From: Camelus dromedarius
Taxonomy: Eukaryota
Direction: 5' to 3'
Length of the DNA stretch: 64,000 bases
NCBI RefSeq assembly: GCF_036321535.1
Contig: NC_087436.1
Location: 7,874,001 to 7,938,000, forward strand
The first letter of the stretch is position 1. Each line of letters opens with the position of its first letter. The notes below the pieces were generated by a model. That model saw nothing but the letters and a program-made list of their open reading frames with translations, was not told where the DNA came from and did no database searches. Positions 26,632 to 39,000 of the stretch are shown one piece after another. The translations under genes and the position numbers were made by a program.

Positions 26632-27652
26632 GGCCAGAAATGACTCACCATGGAGTTCATCTCACTAAGGGTCCAGGGTGTCCTGGATCCATTCTGTGAT
26701 TATTTATCCAGTTCTTAAATGTTTAATTGGAATACATATACTCTGCAGCTGGCACAAACCCCATATTGGTTTGGTGACCTGTGCTGTGAGGGCTATTATG
26801 GTGGAAAGGCCAGGAAGAAACTAAAATTGCCTCTACTTGGGAAAACAGTAAACTGAAATACTGCTGCATTCCTGGAGGAGCTGCTGAGTTTAGCGCCACC
26901 ATTAAAGACCTGAAGGATGCAGGAGTGGTGATTCCTACCACATCCCCATTGCACTCATAGGAGACAGATGGATCTCGGAGAAAGACAGTGGGTCATCATA
27001 AGCTTAACCAGCTGAGTCGTCTAATTGTAGCCGATAGACCAGAAGTAGTTCCCTTGCTTCAGCAAGTTAAAGCATCCCATGTTACCTTGCAAACAGCTAT
27101 TGATGGGGCAAATGCCTTTTTCTTGATGCCTGTTAGTAAAGACCATCAGAAGCAGTTCACTTGCAGCCAGCAAGGCCAACATAATTACACCTTCTCTGTG
27201 CTACCTCGGGGTTGCATCCACTCTCCAGTCCTATGTCATAAATTGGTTCTCAGGGACTACGATTGCCCTTTGCTTTCCACAAATGTCACTGACCCAGTAC
27301 ATGGATGACATTGTGCTGGTTGGACCTCGTGAGCAAGACAGCAGCGTCTCTATATTTACTGGTAAGACATTGCAAACCACAGAGTGGGAAATAAATCTGA
27401 CAGAAATCCAGGGGCCATCTCTCTCAGTGAAATGTCTAGGGGCCCATTGGTGCAGGCATGCTGAGATGTCCCCTCTGAGGTGAAGGATAAGTCATTGCTT
27501 TGGGCTTTTTTTATATTAAAAAAAAAATAAAAGGGAGAGCCAATGACAACAGGGCCCCTTTGAGTTTTGGAATTTTGACTGTGTTCCTCCAGCATGTCAC
27601 TGAGGGACCTGATAATCTGCTAGATTTGAGTGGGGGCCAGAACAAGAGAACT
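26632..27652 (+). pseudogene. ERV-L protease 3' end / reverse transcriptase remnant, inverted
   Basis: Plus-strand ORFs 26988-27308 (AIDGANAFF, DHQKQFTCSQQGQ, YTFSVLPRGCIHSP) and 27283-27483 with YMDD at 27298-27309. Confidence 0.88.
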
Positions 27653-28729
27653 GTTCTGTTTATGTAGACTAAGTCATAATTTAGTAGGTTTCCTATCTAT
27701 TTCACTCGTAGGGACATCTAGACCAACTAGCCAGAGCGGAAGGTCAGCACGAGTCAGACTGTTTGGGCTGTTGCTCTGACTTCGCTGTCTGGTGCAGTGA
27801 CTACGCCCACCACCTTGCCACTTAGTCCTTACCACCTCGGGATCCAATGAATGCCACTGCATTTAGGCTTCCCATTTCATTGACTGGAGACCTAACAGAG
27901 AAGAGTGATCACAGAGCTCTTCAGGGAGACCATAGCCCTGGTCTACGTCTAGTCTACGTCTCACAGTATTGGTGAAGGGTACATCTTCTGTGCCCTGGCA
28001 CTGTGGGCGAGTAGATATTAAACAAACAATCCACTGTAATACTCCAGTCTCCCAGAGACTTTGAATTCCTCCTTCTATAGTGAAACAAGACAGGTCCAGC
28101 ATTTCTAATTTGCTCATGGTGACCTTTTGATACATGACTCAGTCAACAAAATAAACTGTTCGATACCTTCCTAACTCTCTGAGATGTGATATAAATGCAG
28201 AATCTCTCCTTAGTGAGCCTGTATCTATAAATTCAGCCTGATACAACTTTCAGTATCCCATATGCTTCGTATCCAGTCTCATGAACGAACCTCAGAATTC
28301 AGTGTGTAAATTAGAAAACTCAAGTAGTGGTTTTGGACTCTAGCAAAGCTCCTCATGGATAGTACTTTGTACCTATCCTTAAGACGCGAGCTAGGACTTC
28401 AGCAGAGTTGTAAATCTAGAAGAAAAGAAGGATGCTAGGGGTAGGTCTTGAAGAGCATCAACAATGTTTTGCATTACAACTAACTCAGAGGAGCCCATTA
28501 CAGTTTCCTCAGGTGATGCAAGGTTAATTTCCCCATAAGTGGGTGCAAAGGCTGAAACCACCGGGGGCAGGGAGGCTGCTTCTGTGAGAGCTGGGGAAGC
28601 ATCTAGCAAAGGAGACTCATAGGAATGTGGGGTCTCAATGTCTCATTTTCATCTGAGTCTTTTGCAATGTCCCCACCCCAACTTACAGGATCTCATTCTT
28701 TCTTAAATCAATGCTGCTAAAATTTTTTC

Positions 28730-28985
28730 TTGCTTGCTTGCTTGCTTCCTTTTTTGCTTTCTCTTTCTTTCTTTCTTTCTTTCTTTCTTCTTTTTTCTTT
28801 GTGAAGGACAGTTGACTTACAATGTTGTGTTGGTTTCTGGTGTACAGCATAGTGATTCAGGTTTACATATATATTTTCTTTTTCATTATAGGTTACTATA
28901 AGTTATTGAATATAGTTCCCTGTGCTATACAGTAAGACCTTGCTGTTTACCTATTTTACATATAGTAGTTTTTATCTGCTAATCT
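28730..28985 (-). mobile_element. Short young LINE-1 3' end with (CTTG)/(CTTT)n tail, inserted in ERV-L gag
   Basis: gttgacttacaatgttgtgttggtttctggtgtacagcatagtgattcag...tgaatatagttccctgtgctatacag, preceded by a tetranucleotide tail. Confidence 0.85.
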
Positions 28986-29481
28986 TCATTTCCCTGTCAG
29001 GAGTCTCAGCCCTGTATCTATAAGAGATAAGGGTCTTCTTCAGGGAACACATAGAAACTTCCAGATCACTTATGTGGCAATTGATTTGGGAATTTGAATT
29101 CCTGAACTCATTATTTTCATTCATCACTTTACTCAAGGATATTAGGAGCAACCAGTTTTTAACCTCTTTAACTTCATTAAATTTGTGAGTTTTCTAAAAA
29201 ACAGTCAGAAATATCATATACAGTCACCCAACTTCTTGCTTCTTGCAAGTGGTTGATTTAGAAGCATGCAATGGAGTTGTTTCACATATACCTGTTGCCA
29301 TGCACTAGCAGTGTTTTGCTTTGTTGTTAGCTTTTTTTTTTCCCCCTACTACTGGAAATAGAGTCATTAGCATCTTTAAATCTAATCAGATTGGAGAGTC
29401 AATTCCAGAAATCCTAGAACTCCCTCGGAAAATTTATTCTTTAAAGTCTGTTTCTTTACAATAATTTTTCATACCAAATTT

Positions 29482-29923
29482 ATATTATTCAAAGTTGTCC
29501 AGAGACAAAACCAATAAGATAAATAGAAAGATGATGGAGAGAGAGATAGAGCCCAATATAAGGGACTGGCTCAGGCAACTACATATGCTGAGTCATCCCA
29601 TGATTTGTTGTTTGAAGATGTAAAAACCAGGAGAAACGCTGGTGTAAGCTCCAGTCTCAGTTCCAAGGTGGGAAGAGACTGATGTGTCAGTTTAAAGACC
29701 ATCAGAGAGAGAGAGCAAATTCTCTCTTACTTAGCCTTTTGTTCTATCCAGGCCTTCAACAGATTGGATGAGACACATCCCCATGGGGGAAGATGGCTTT
29801 ATTCAGTCTATCAACTCAAATATTACTCTCATCAGGAAATACTCTTACAGACACACCCAGAATAACTTTTAATCAGATATCTGGGCACTCCATGGCCAGT
29901 CAGGTTGATGCATTAATCATTAC
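29482..29923 (-). mobile_element. MLT2 LTR (5' LTR of the ERV-L)
   Basis: Reverse complement begins gtaatgattaatgcatcaacctgactggcc...gtgcccagatatctgattaaaagttattctgggtgtgtctgt. It is followed directly by aatttggtatg, resembling the ERV-L internal start. Confidence 0.85.
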
Positions 29924-30655
29924 CTGCATAATTTAAAAATACTTAGAAATGAACATTGAAGTAAGTTATAGGTAAAATTATTATTTGGAAATGCTTATTT
30001 TAGAAAAGAAGAAAGACTAAAAGTTCATGAGCATATTTCCCAATTGAAAAATTACAAAATACATTTAAAAAGCAAAACAAATCCAAAATTATAGAAGAAA
30101 CAAGATATACACAGCAAAAATTAATGAAACAAAAAAGATACAATGGAGAAGATATGTAAAGCTAAAACGTGGTTCTTTGAAATGGCTAATAAGATAGACA
30201 AATGTCCACCAGTAATCGCCAAGAACTAAAGCTAGGAGGCAAGAGAAATTATATTAGCAACAAGAAATGTGACTAGTGGCATCAATAATTCAAATACTCT
30301 AAACATCTATATAGCGACAAAGTTTCCAACACAGGCAAGATGCATGCATTCCAAGATGAAATAAGTTACCAAAACTGATTCAAAAAGGTATATCTACACA
30401 TCTGAATAGCCCTTCACTAAAGAACTGAAATTACTAGTTTAAATTTTCCCACCAAGAAAATACTAGGAGCAAATTGCTCATCAAACGTCCTCCATATTTT
30501 CATAGCTTAGACCACGGTTATGTAAACTCACTGTGAAAATAGGGGGAAAAAAAGAAAGGCAGGAAAGGAAAGGAAAACTGTGTTAGTTTGCTTTCACCTG
30601 GAAGCAGATCCTGGGAGGAGGACTTGCGTTTGAGCAGTTTATCGGGAGGTCTGAT

Positions 30656-31125
30656 GTCTGTGGATGTGTGCACGCAGGAATTCTAGACAACCTGCTGCAG
30701 GAAAATTAGTAGCTAACAGCCACAGTTACTGCCTTTTCGGAAGCCTTATATTTCATGTGTACAGAGACCAAACAGTCTCTGGCTGCTCTCAGCCCATGAT
30801 TGAGTACGGTGGGGTGCTAGTCCTGACCCCATTTTTGTCCAATGAGGGACCCTTCTGATGGGTAATTTCTGCTCAGTGACTCCTCACTGACCTGGCCACA
30901 CAAAAAATTTTTTTCCAAAATTGTTCTGTGGGCTGAGGCTCTTTCTACTCAGCCATTCTTTCTTGTTCTCTCTCCGGGGCGCCCAATACTGCACTGTTTT
31001 CTTAAGGCTCTCCCTACCTGGTCCTGCTCCTTCCTGTAAAGCAATACAGGGATCCTTCCCAACACATTTCATGGAAGTCTAATTCAACTTTAGTGTCTGC
31101 CTCTTGGAGGGACATGGCAAACACA
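30656..31125 (+). mobile_element. ERVL-class LTR (LTR16-like)
   Basis: Ends gtgtctgcctcttggagggacatggcaaacaca, directly upstream of ERV-L-like internal sequence. Confidence 0.55.
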
Positions 31126-33250
31126 GACGATAATCAGAGTGAATGAACAATTGGCATTGGGGATGGAGCCATCAACTACCCAAGTGGCAAGGAGGTCTCC
31201 ATTCTGAATTGAATGGAGGGTATAGGTAATCCTTGACAAAATTTGGTGACCTTATTGCTGAGAATTTTACTGGAAATGGCCTGAGAAAATTCCCAAGTGA
31301 CCAGAATCCCCTTGCCAGTGTAATGATTCAGTCATTTAAGTGAAAGGAGAGGAAAATTCCTCAAAAGACAGTGGAGCTGACTGGTTGTTAGTTACACTGA
31401 CACTCTGCAGAGAAACGAGACGCGGAGAAGGTTAACAATTAAGCTAAGTGTGGGAGCCAGAGGACCAGTTTTCCTAGTTTACAAAAGAAGTATTCAGGTC
31501 TCCTGCAGTAGAAATGCGAAGAGGAACAGCCATTGGTTTTGGAAGTTTGAGTCAGAGAGTTCCAGAGATGTTTAAATGCCCATGCAAAACTAAGATGAGG
31601 ACTCTGGATGAGAACCTGGAACACAGAAATGTGTGAAGGTGACATCTGGACGGATGTCTCCAAGAATCCTGGCTCTTCAGATAATCCTGGATCCTATTCA
31701 CGTTCCTGAGTGGCTCACTCATTTCCCAGGAAGATCTGGTCTTTCCCTAGCACAGGAAGCATCCAGAGAGGCCAAGTCTCAAAAGCAAATGGTTATTACC
31801 CTCAGGAATTTTCCATCCCTTCTCTCCTGGCTCCCAGGCTGAAAAAAAAGGGGTATATTCCAGAATAATATCATTCTGGACATGCCAAGGGAATTATAAG
31901 AAGTAACTAGCTTCATTGGTAAAAACCAGAGGAATATCCCTGGGGCTGGGTTTTGTGAGTGGTTGATCAAGAGGACCAGAATTTTGACTGAATCAGCAAG
32001 ACGTCATTGACTTGTGGGCGCTTTCTTGGGATCTGAGATTTAACAACCTGTGAGCACTCCAGGGGCACACTTATAGCTGTCCTGGTTCAGAGATGCCTGA
32101 AGAAAGCAATGGCCCAAACGGGGAAAAGTGGACAAGACCTGAGCTGTCCTAGCAGGGGACAGAGGGAAAAATAAGAAGGCTCAGGGAAGTGGGTGTTTGA
32201 GTTGGGTATATTCTGTAAAACCAGAGCACCAAGAGATGATTATAGTCCATGCGAGGGATGGAGGAGCTACCAATCCCCAAGACCATCAGAAAAGTTCTGG
32301 TGGGAGGGAAACCAGCCTCACTGCAGTGCTCTGCGTTGGATCTCATGCACCCGATCTGAAAGCCAGGGCTGGTATTAGCAGAGGTGGTCAGAGCTGGCCT
32401 CTTTAATATCATTAGGGCTAATGCGGCTGAAGTATAGAGTCCAAGTGGTGGTAAGTCCACTGGATCGACAGTCCCAAACTGTGGTCACTTCTTCTCTTCC
32501 TGTCTGTTGCAGAAACTACAAAAAAATTATGGAAACTGCCTGGATCCTTGAGAAAAAAGGTAGATTGAATCAAGGAGGAGCCACGAGAGTGACTGCGATT
32601 TTAGATGGTATCACTGCCAGAACAGATCAATAAAGCCTTAGCACGTGGCAGATTGGCCATTGATTTTGAGTGTGTGTTTTTCCCCCTATGTTTTTTAGTA
32701 TAGAGGATCAGAAGGGATTCACATTCACGTGGAATGGCCAATAATGTTCATTTACAGATTTTTCGTGGGGCTGTGTTAACTCTCCAGCTTTTTGAAATAA
32801 CATGATCCCAAAAGACCTGGACCATCTGGACACCCCTCAGAATATTACGCTGATGCATTATATTGATGACATCATTCTTTCCAGACAGGGAGGCCCAGAA
32901 TGACGCAGTGCTCTGTGACAAGTGCAGGCTACAGCACGGGCAGCCCTGAAGCTTGGGCTTCATGATCCACAGACACTGTGACAGCGAAGCTCTCCATGGT
33001 GAGAAAAGATGCTGTTTGGAGTTTACGGCAAATTCCTATGGAAGAATCACAAAGCTGGTCCCTAGGGTATTGGGACAGGGTCATGTCTTCGGCAATTATA
33101 TGCCTTTTTAAAAAGGGCTTCTAGTGTGTTCCTGGGTCCTGGTAAAGTCAGAGCCCTTAATTGAGGTGTCTCAATGGTGATGTGTCCAGAATGAGCTCTT
33201 ACAGCTGAACACAATAAATGAGTCAATGAGATTAGAGTCATCGGCAATAA
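31126..33250 (+). mobile_element. Second, older degraded ERV-L-class internal region (HERV16/ERVL-E-like)
   Basis: gag-like ataagaaggctcagggaagtgggtgtt; RT-like DQKGFTFTWNGQ, GCVNSPA and HYIDDII (YIDD at 32859-32870); connection-domain-like gatgctgtttggagtttacggcaaattcctatggaagaatcaca. Confidence 0.8.
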
Positions 33251-33532
33251 AGGCAAAAGGCAGATAGGGACAGATCATACAGAACATTCAAGACAGGCTC
33301 AGGAGCTTCAAATGCAGTAGTGAGATTGGGACAAGCAGGGTCTGATGCGTTAAAGGAACACTCTGGCTGCTGTGGAGGAGTGGACCCTAGAGGGCAGAGT
33401 GGGAGAGGGAAGAAGTGATGAGGAATTATAATGGTAACAATGGCGACGATAAAAAGGTATTCTCTTCCGCATTTGTTTTAGATGAAGAGGTAATAATAAT
33501 GACTGATGGCTCAGACATAAGGGTGATTTGTG

Positions 33533-33887
33533 GCAGTGTTTCTCAAACTTTAATAATTATATGAATCATCTGAAGATCCTGTTAAAATCCAGAATCTTTT
33601 TTTATAGACTTCTATTATTTTATTATTTAAAAGTACAGGCTTAATATTTAGCATATAAATATTCTTTATTTTTTAATTGAAGTATAGTCAGTTACAGTGT
33701 GTCCATTTCTGATGTACAGCACAATGTCTCAGTCATGCATATACCTACATATACTCATTTTCATATATTTTCATTAAAGGTTATCAAATCTAAATCTATA
33801 GGTTTGAATTGAGGCACCTAATACTGCATCTCAGACAAGGTCCCAGGCGATGATGGTCTAGGACTATGCTTCAAGGAACAAGTACTT
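33533..33887. mobile_element. MER5A-like hAT DNA transposon interrupted by a short L1 3' end (~33600-33785), within L2 sequence
   Basis: cagtgtttctcaaacttt...atgaatcatctgaagatcctgttaaaatccagaatc ... ctgcatctcagacaaggtcccaggcgatg...ggactatgcttcaaggaacaagt. Confidence 0.7.
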
Positions 33888-35546
33888 AGAGATTTGAGTT
33901 GAGAATAATTCTTGAGGTTTTGAGCTGAGTAGCAATTGGATAATGAAGTAATGCTGATGAAAGATCTTTGTACCACTGCTGGTGACTGGGCAGTGGTTAG
34001 CAATTTGTTTTGGCCAAAAGAAGTGTCAGATTGTCCTTAAACAACCATGCTGAGATGACAAATGAGCAAGTAAATGTGTAATTCTAGAATGCAGATTTGA
34101 TATTTTAGGATCATCAGTTTACTGAAGTAATTCAAGCTTTGTAATTGTATGAGATAACTTACAAAGAATATGTAGATAGAAGCACAAATTGGGCCAAATT
34201 CTGAGTTCTGAGTCCTTTTTACCTTTCCTGTATACAATATAAACCAAGCGCTTATATTTTTAGGTTCAGAAACTGTCAAAAGCATGTTTATTGCTTTGTT
34301 TTTAAGCTTTTGACAAAGAGGGGGAGAAATCACAATATTGCAGCCAACTCAAAATATACAATCAAATGCTGGAGAGTTATTTTAGCTTCTCTTTAGAACA
34401 AAGGAAAGGAAACAAAAAGCAAAAAAGGGAAAAGTGATTTCATTTACAAATTGAGTGGAGAATAGGAGGTACCATATTTTATTAAATAACATCTTTCCTA
34501 CCATTCCTATCCGCAAAATATGACTCCTGAAAACTTCCTCAAACAAAACAGTGGAAGTCTTTAGTATAAACCTCAATGTTAAAGTCTAGATTTCAGATGA
34601 CTAAAGATAGTCTCAGTAATAAAATAACTTGGAATAAATTCCATTCTTTTACAGTGAATGAGAGGAGAATACAATACAAGAACTCTGCCACTTATAATTG
34701 ATAACATTCAGTTTTAGAATTCATTGTTTGTCTCAGTCTCATTAGACAGCATGCAGACTGTCTAGTTTTTTTCCTCTATGATTTATAAGTACTTTGATCC
34801 TTAGCTTTTCTGAGTAGCTAAAGAAAATAATTTCTAAAAAAAAAAAAGAATGTGAGCAATGAATTTTTATATCTAAGTGAAATACATCACTATTTTACAA
34901 TTAATGCTAACTTTATTCAATTACATTTATACTTATTCTTCTGATTTCATAAGTTTTGATGAAAAATATGTTTCTATACAATCTGAAAGCATTTGACAAA
35001 TGGCAAATTCTTAAATTTCATTCTGATGAAAATAGATGGATTCTTTCTTAACATGAAAACTAGTGGGATGATGTAGATGGACAGTGGGAGAGAGACGTAC
35101 AGAAGAGGCAGTGAGTCAAGGGCAAATGCTACCTTTAGTGCTGAAACTCTAGAAACATCACTAAAGTCAAACGAAGTAGGGATGGCCACTATTATTATTC
35201 TGGACACACTAGCAAACACAGCTCATCAAAAATCAGTGCACATGTGTGTGCATTTTGGCTCAATAGGTAGTGTAAATACATACATATTTTATATTATTAA
35301 ATGAAGAAAAATGTGTTTTTCAGAGGAGATGATCAGATCTGACTACTTATAGCTGCAAAGTCCAAGAAAATCAGCTGAAAAGTCATTTAGATCAATGTAA
35401 GAATACAGCATTGTGAATACTCTCCTATATATATGAAGTAACACTCATTAAAAAATTACTGGAAAAATATTGTATTCAAATAGAAAATAAAACTTTAAAA
35501 ATTTGAATACTGAACTCAGTAAATGTTGACATATAAGAAGCTTTTA

Positions 35547-35695
35547 GGGGGAGGGTATAGCTCAGTGGTAGAGCATGTGTTTAGCAAGAACAAGGTGGTG
35601 GGTTCAATCCCCAGTACTGCCACTAAAGGTAAATAAATAAACAAAATTACCTCCCCACCAAAATAAGAAAATAAGATAAAAATAAGATAAAATTT
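35547..35695 (+). mobile_element. tRNA-derived SINE (camelid Vic-1-like)
   Basis: ggggagggtatagctcagtggtagagc (A box) ... gggttcaatccccagtac (B box), then an aaataaataa tail and ctcccc/A-rich end. Confidence 0.85.
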
Positions 35696-36024
35696 TAAAA
35701 CTGTACTGTGTACAATAAAAATATTTTACCAATATTCAGATTAAAAAATTAGTTTTTTTTTTTTTGGTAATCATTTTTCTATGTTACTCATCTTGTCTCA
35801 TATTTTTTATATTTGGGGAGACATTCCATAATTCATTCAATAATAGATAATAAAATTATATTCAATGTACTTTGCCGAGTAGCCTTAGTAGGAAAAAGAA
35901 AGTTTTAAATTCAGTCTTAATGATTTTGTTCTCAAATTGCACCTGAAGCAAATAAGTAGTACATCAGAACATTTTAAATAAAGATTAAAAAAAAAAACTA
36001 CATAATTTATTTTCAACAAAAAGA

Positions 36025-39000
36025 ATGAGGTGGCCTCCAAGTTCTCTTTCTGACCTGGGAGCAAAAATCAACAAATCTTCTTAGACCCACCAGAAGGCTA
36101 AGGTCACAGGGCAAACTCCTGCCTCTAAAACTGGAGATAGAGGTGAGTACAGAGAGTCACAGCTTCCCAGGAGAAGAACGCTCTGGAGCAGTCACTTAGG
36201 AACATTTAAACTGTGTCTGATGATCTGCTGGGGGCTGAGTGGGAACCAGCTTGGGAGGAAAAACTCAGGGTCCCGTTCTGATGCAAGACCCACACTTTCT
36301 TGAGTTTTACTTCCAAGAAACTGACCAGATTTACACTGTGAGGATTTAAGAAAATCTTATCACGCCTCCAGCAGAGGGAGGGTAAAAGTAGCAATCCTGA
36401 AAAACAACCACAGAGTTCTGTTATCACTGTGTTCTCCATAACAAAGGCTATCCCTCAAGGGCAATTAACAACTCCAGCTTCCTCTAGCCGTTCTGCCTCA
36501 CCTAAATTGGAGGTGGGGGAGAAAAGAGAAATTTTTCCTAAAATATTAAAAAAAATATATATTTTCTAAGAACTAAGAAAATCTGAAAAACACAGCCCAG
36601 GGACTCTGGCCTGGGGGAAAAGAAAAAGAAAAAGAAAAAGAAAAAAGAGAGAAGAGAGAGAGAGAACAAAAACCCCAGAGAGTTCATCAAAAGATTACAG
36701 AACCTGCTCCCAGAGGAATGGAAATAAAAGCAAAAATAAACAATTGGGACCTAATTAAACTCAAAAGCTTTCGCACAGCTGTGGGACAACTACAAAAGGT
36801 GCAACATGTGTAACAGGAGTACTAGGAAAGGAGAGAGAGAAATAAGCAGAAGAAATAAATGAAGTAATAATGGCCGAAATTGTTTCCACAATTAACGGCA
36901 GACACTAAAAACAATCCAGGAAGCTCAGGGAGCACGAAGCAGGATAAATACCCTATCTGTCATATGGATAAACTTGGTATATCATACATCACATTTAAAA
37001 TGCAGAAAAACAGAGGCAGAGAAAAATCTGGAAACAAGCTGAAGGGTGGAGGTTAGCATTATTATTATTTATGCAAGTACAAGAAAGGAAAAACAGGACT
37101 TTTCATAGACTATGTAAACAAGAAAGAATGGAATAAAATGTTTAATATTTTGAAAGAAAAAAAAAATCCACCAAAATAGAACTCAGAATTCATCAAAATT
37201 TTCCCTCAGAAGTGAAGGAGAAATAACAACTTTCTGAGAGAAACAAACAATGAGGGAATTTGTCACCAGTAGGTCTGCCTTGCAAAATGTTAAAAAAAAA
37301 AAAAAAAAAAAAGGTCTTCAGAGAGAAGAAAAAATAATATAGGTGAGAAATTCAGACCTACATAAAGAAAGAAAGGGCATTAGAGAAGGAATACAAAAAG
37401 TTAAATAAGATCTTTTACTTGATGTATTTCTAAATGATCTGATCAATAATTATTCAAAGTAATCTAGCAGCAGTATATTGTGATTATAGTATGTGGATCA
37501 GTGAACTGGCAGTGATGTTATAAGGGTGGTAGGGAGAAGGGAGAATACTCAGTTATAGGATACCTGCAACACTTATGAAGTAGTATACTGTCTGAAAGTG
37601 GACTTAGATTACTTGTAAATGTGTATTTCAAACACAAAAGTCATTGGAAAAAAGAAGTGTAACTGATACGCTAGGAGAGGAGAGAAAACTGAGTAAGTAA
37701 GGTTGCTCAATTAAAACCAAAGGAGAAAAAGAAACAGCAAACAAAAAGACTGAAAAAGAAAACAAAGAACAAAGGCAATAAATAGTAACAAATAAGATCA
37801 CTATGACTCCAATTATACCAATAAAGACTTGAAATGTAAATGATCTATAAACATCAATTAGAAACAGAGGGAGTGGGTAAAAAGTAAGGCCCAACTACAT
37901 GTCATTTATTAAAAAACAACTTAAATATGAAGACACAAATAGGTTAAAAGTGATATTCCATGTTAACAATAATCAAAGGAATATTGGGGTAGCTATATTA
38001 ATTTCAGATAAAGCAGACTTCAGAACAAAGGAAATCATCAAATATAGAGAGGAATGTCATGTAATAACAAAGGAGTCAGTTCTGCAAGGAGACATAACAA
38101 TCCTTAAAGTCTATACACCTAATAACAGAGAATCAAAGCACATGAGCCAAAGCTATAGAATATCAAGGATAAATAAGCAAATATCCATAACTGGAGACTT
38201 ATGCACCACTTTTTCAGTAGTTGACAGATTCAGCAGGCAAAAAACTGGAAGGGACATAGTTGGACTAGACGGCACCATCAATCAATTGGATCTAATTGAC
38301 AGCTATAGAATATCCAACAACAGGAGTATTTTCATTTTTCCCAAGATCACACAGAGCACTCATTATGATAGGTCACATTCTGGGACATAACGTGCAAAAA
38401 GAATAGAAATCCTACAGGGTGTGCTCTCAGACTCCAGTGGAATTTAACTAGAAATCAAAACAGAAAGATGGCTGAAAAACTGCAAATATTTGGAAATTTA
38501 GCAAGACACTTCTAAATAACACTTGAATCAAAGAAGTCTTAAGAAAAAAAATTTAAATGCATATTTTGCACCAAAAGAAGATGAGAATACAATTGTCAAA
38601 ATTTGTGGGATGTAGTGACAGCAGTGCTTAACAGGGAAATTTATAGCATGAAACACATATTTTACAAAAGAAGAAAATCTAAAATAAATAATTTAAGAAT
38701 CTAGTTAAGAAACTAGAGAAAGAAGAGCAATATAAATTTAAAGCAAAAGAAGAAAATAAATAATAAAGATTACAGTGGAAACTAATAAAATTGAAAAAGG
38801 TAAGCAATGGAGAAAAATCAATGAAACAAAAAGCTGGTTTCTGAAACAATCAATTGAACCGATTAATTTCTCACTAAGCTAACTGAGAAAATAAAAGAGA
38901 AGACTCAAATCATTAATATCAGGTAAGTAAATGCAAAGACAAAAATAAAGAAAAGGAAAAAAAAACTAATATCAGAAATAAAAAGAGGCAATCATCACTT

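Larger units (their letters stand above)
25690..29480 (-). mobile_element. Degraded ERV-L internal region (gag-pol), with inverted internal block
   Basis: Minus-strand gag-like remnants (EINLASPEETVMGS; EEGIQSLWETGVLQWI-like) and RNaseH-region remnants (LVETENLTMGHQVT; LKDGDEGQSSQGEELRAAHFVIHF). Adjacent to an MLT2 LTR. Confidence 0.85.

Noticed and set aside
26988..27483. Domesticated or active reverse transcriptase
   Set aside because: Frameshifted, with stops and deletions; no intact ORF.
35547..35620. tRNA-like gene
   Set aside because: The A/B boxes are followed by a SINE tail and the stems are degenerate, so it is a tRNA-derived SINE.
37899..38390. 163-aa ORF, longest in the window
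   Set aside because: It is a frameshifted remnant of the L1 ORF2 endonuclease domain, not a host gene.
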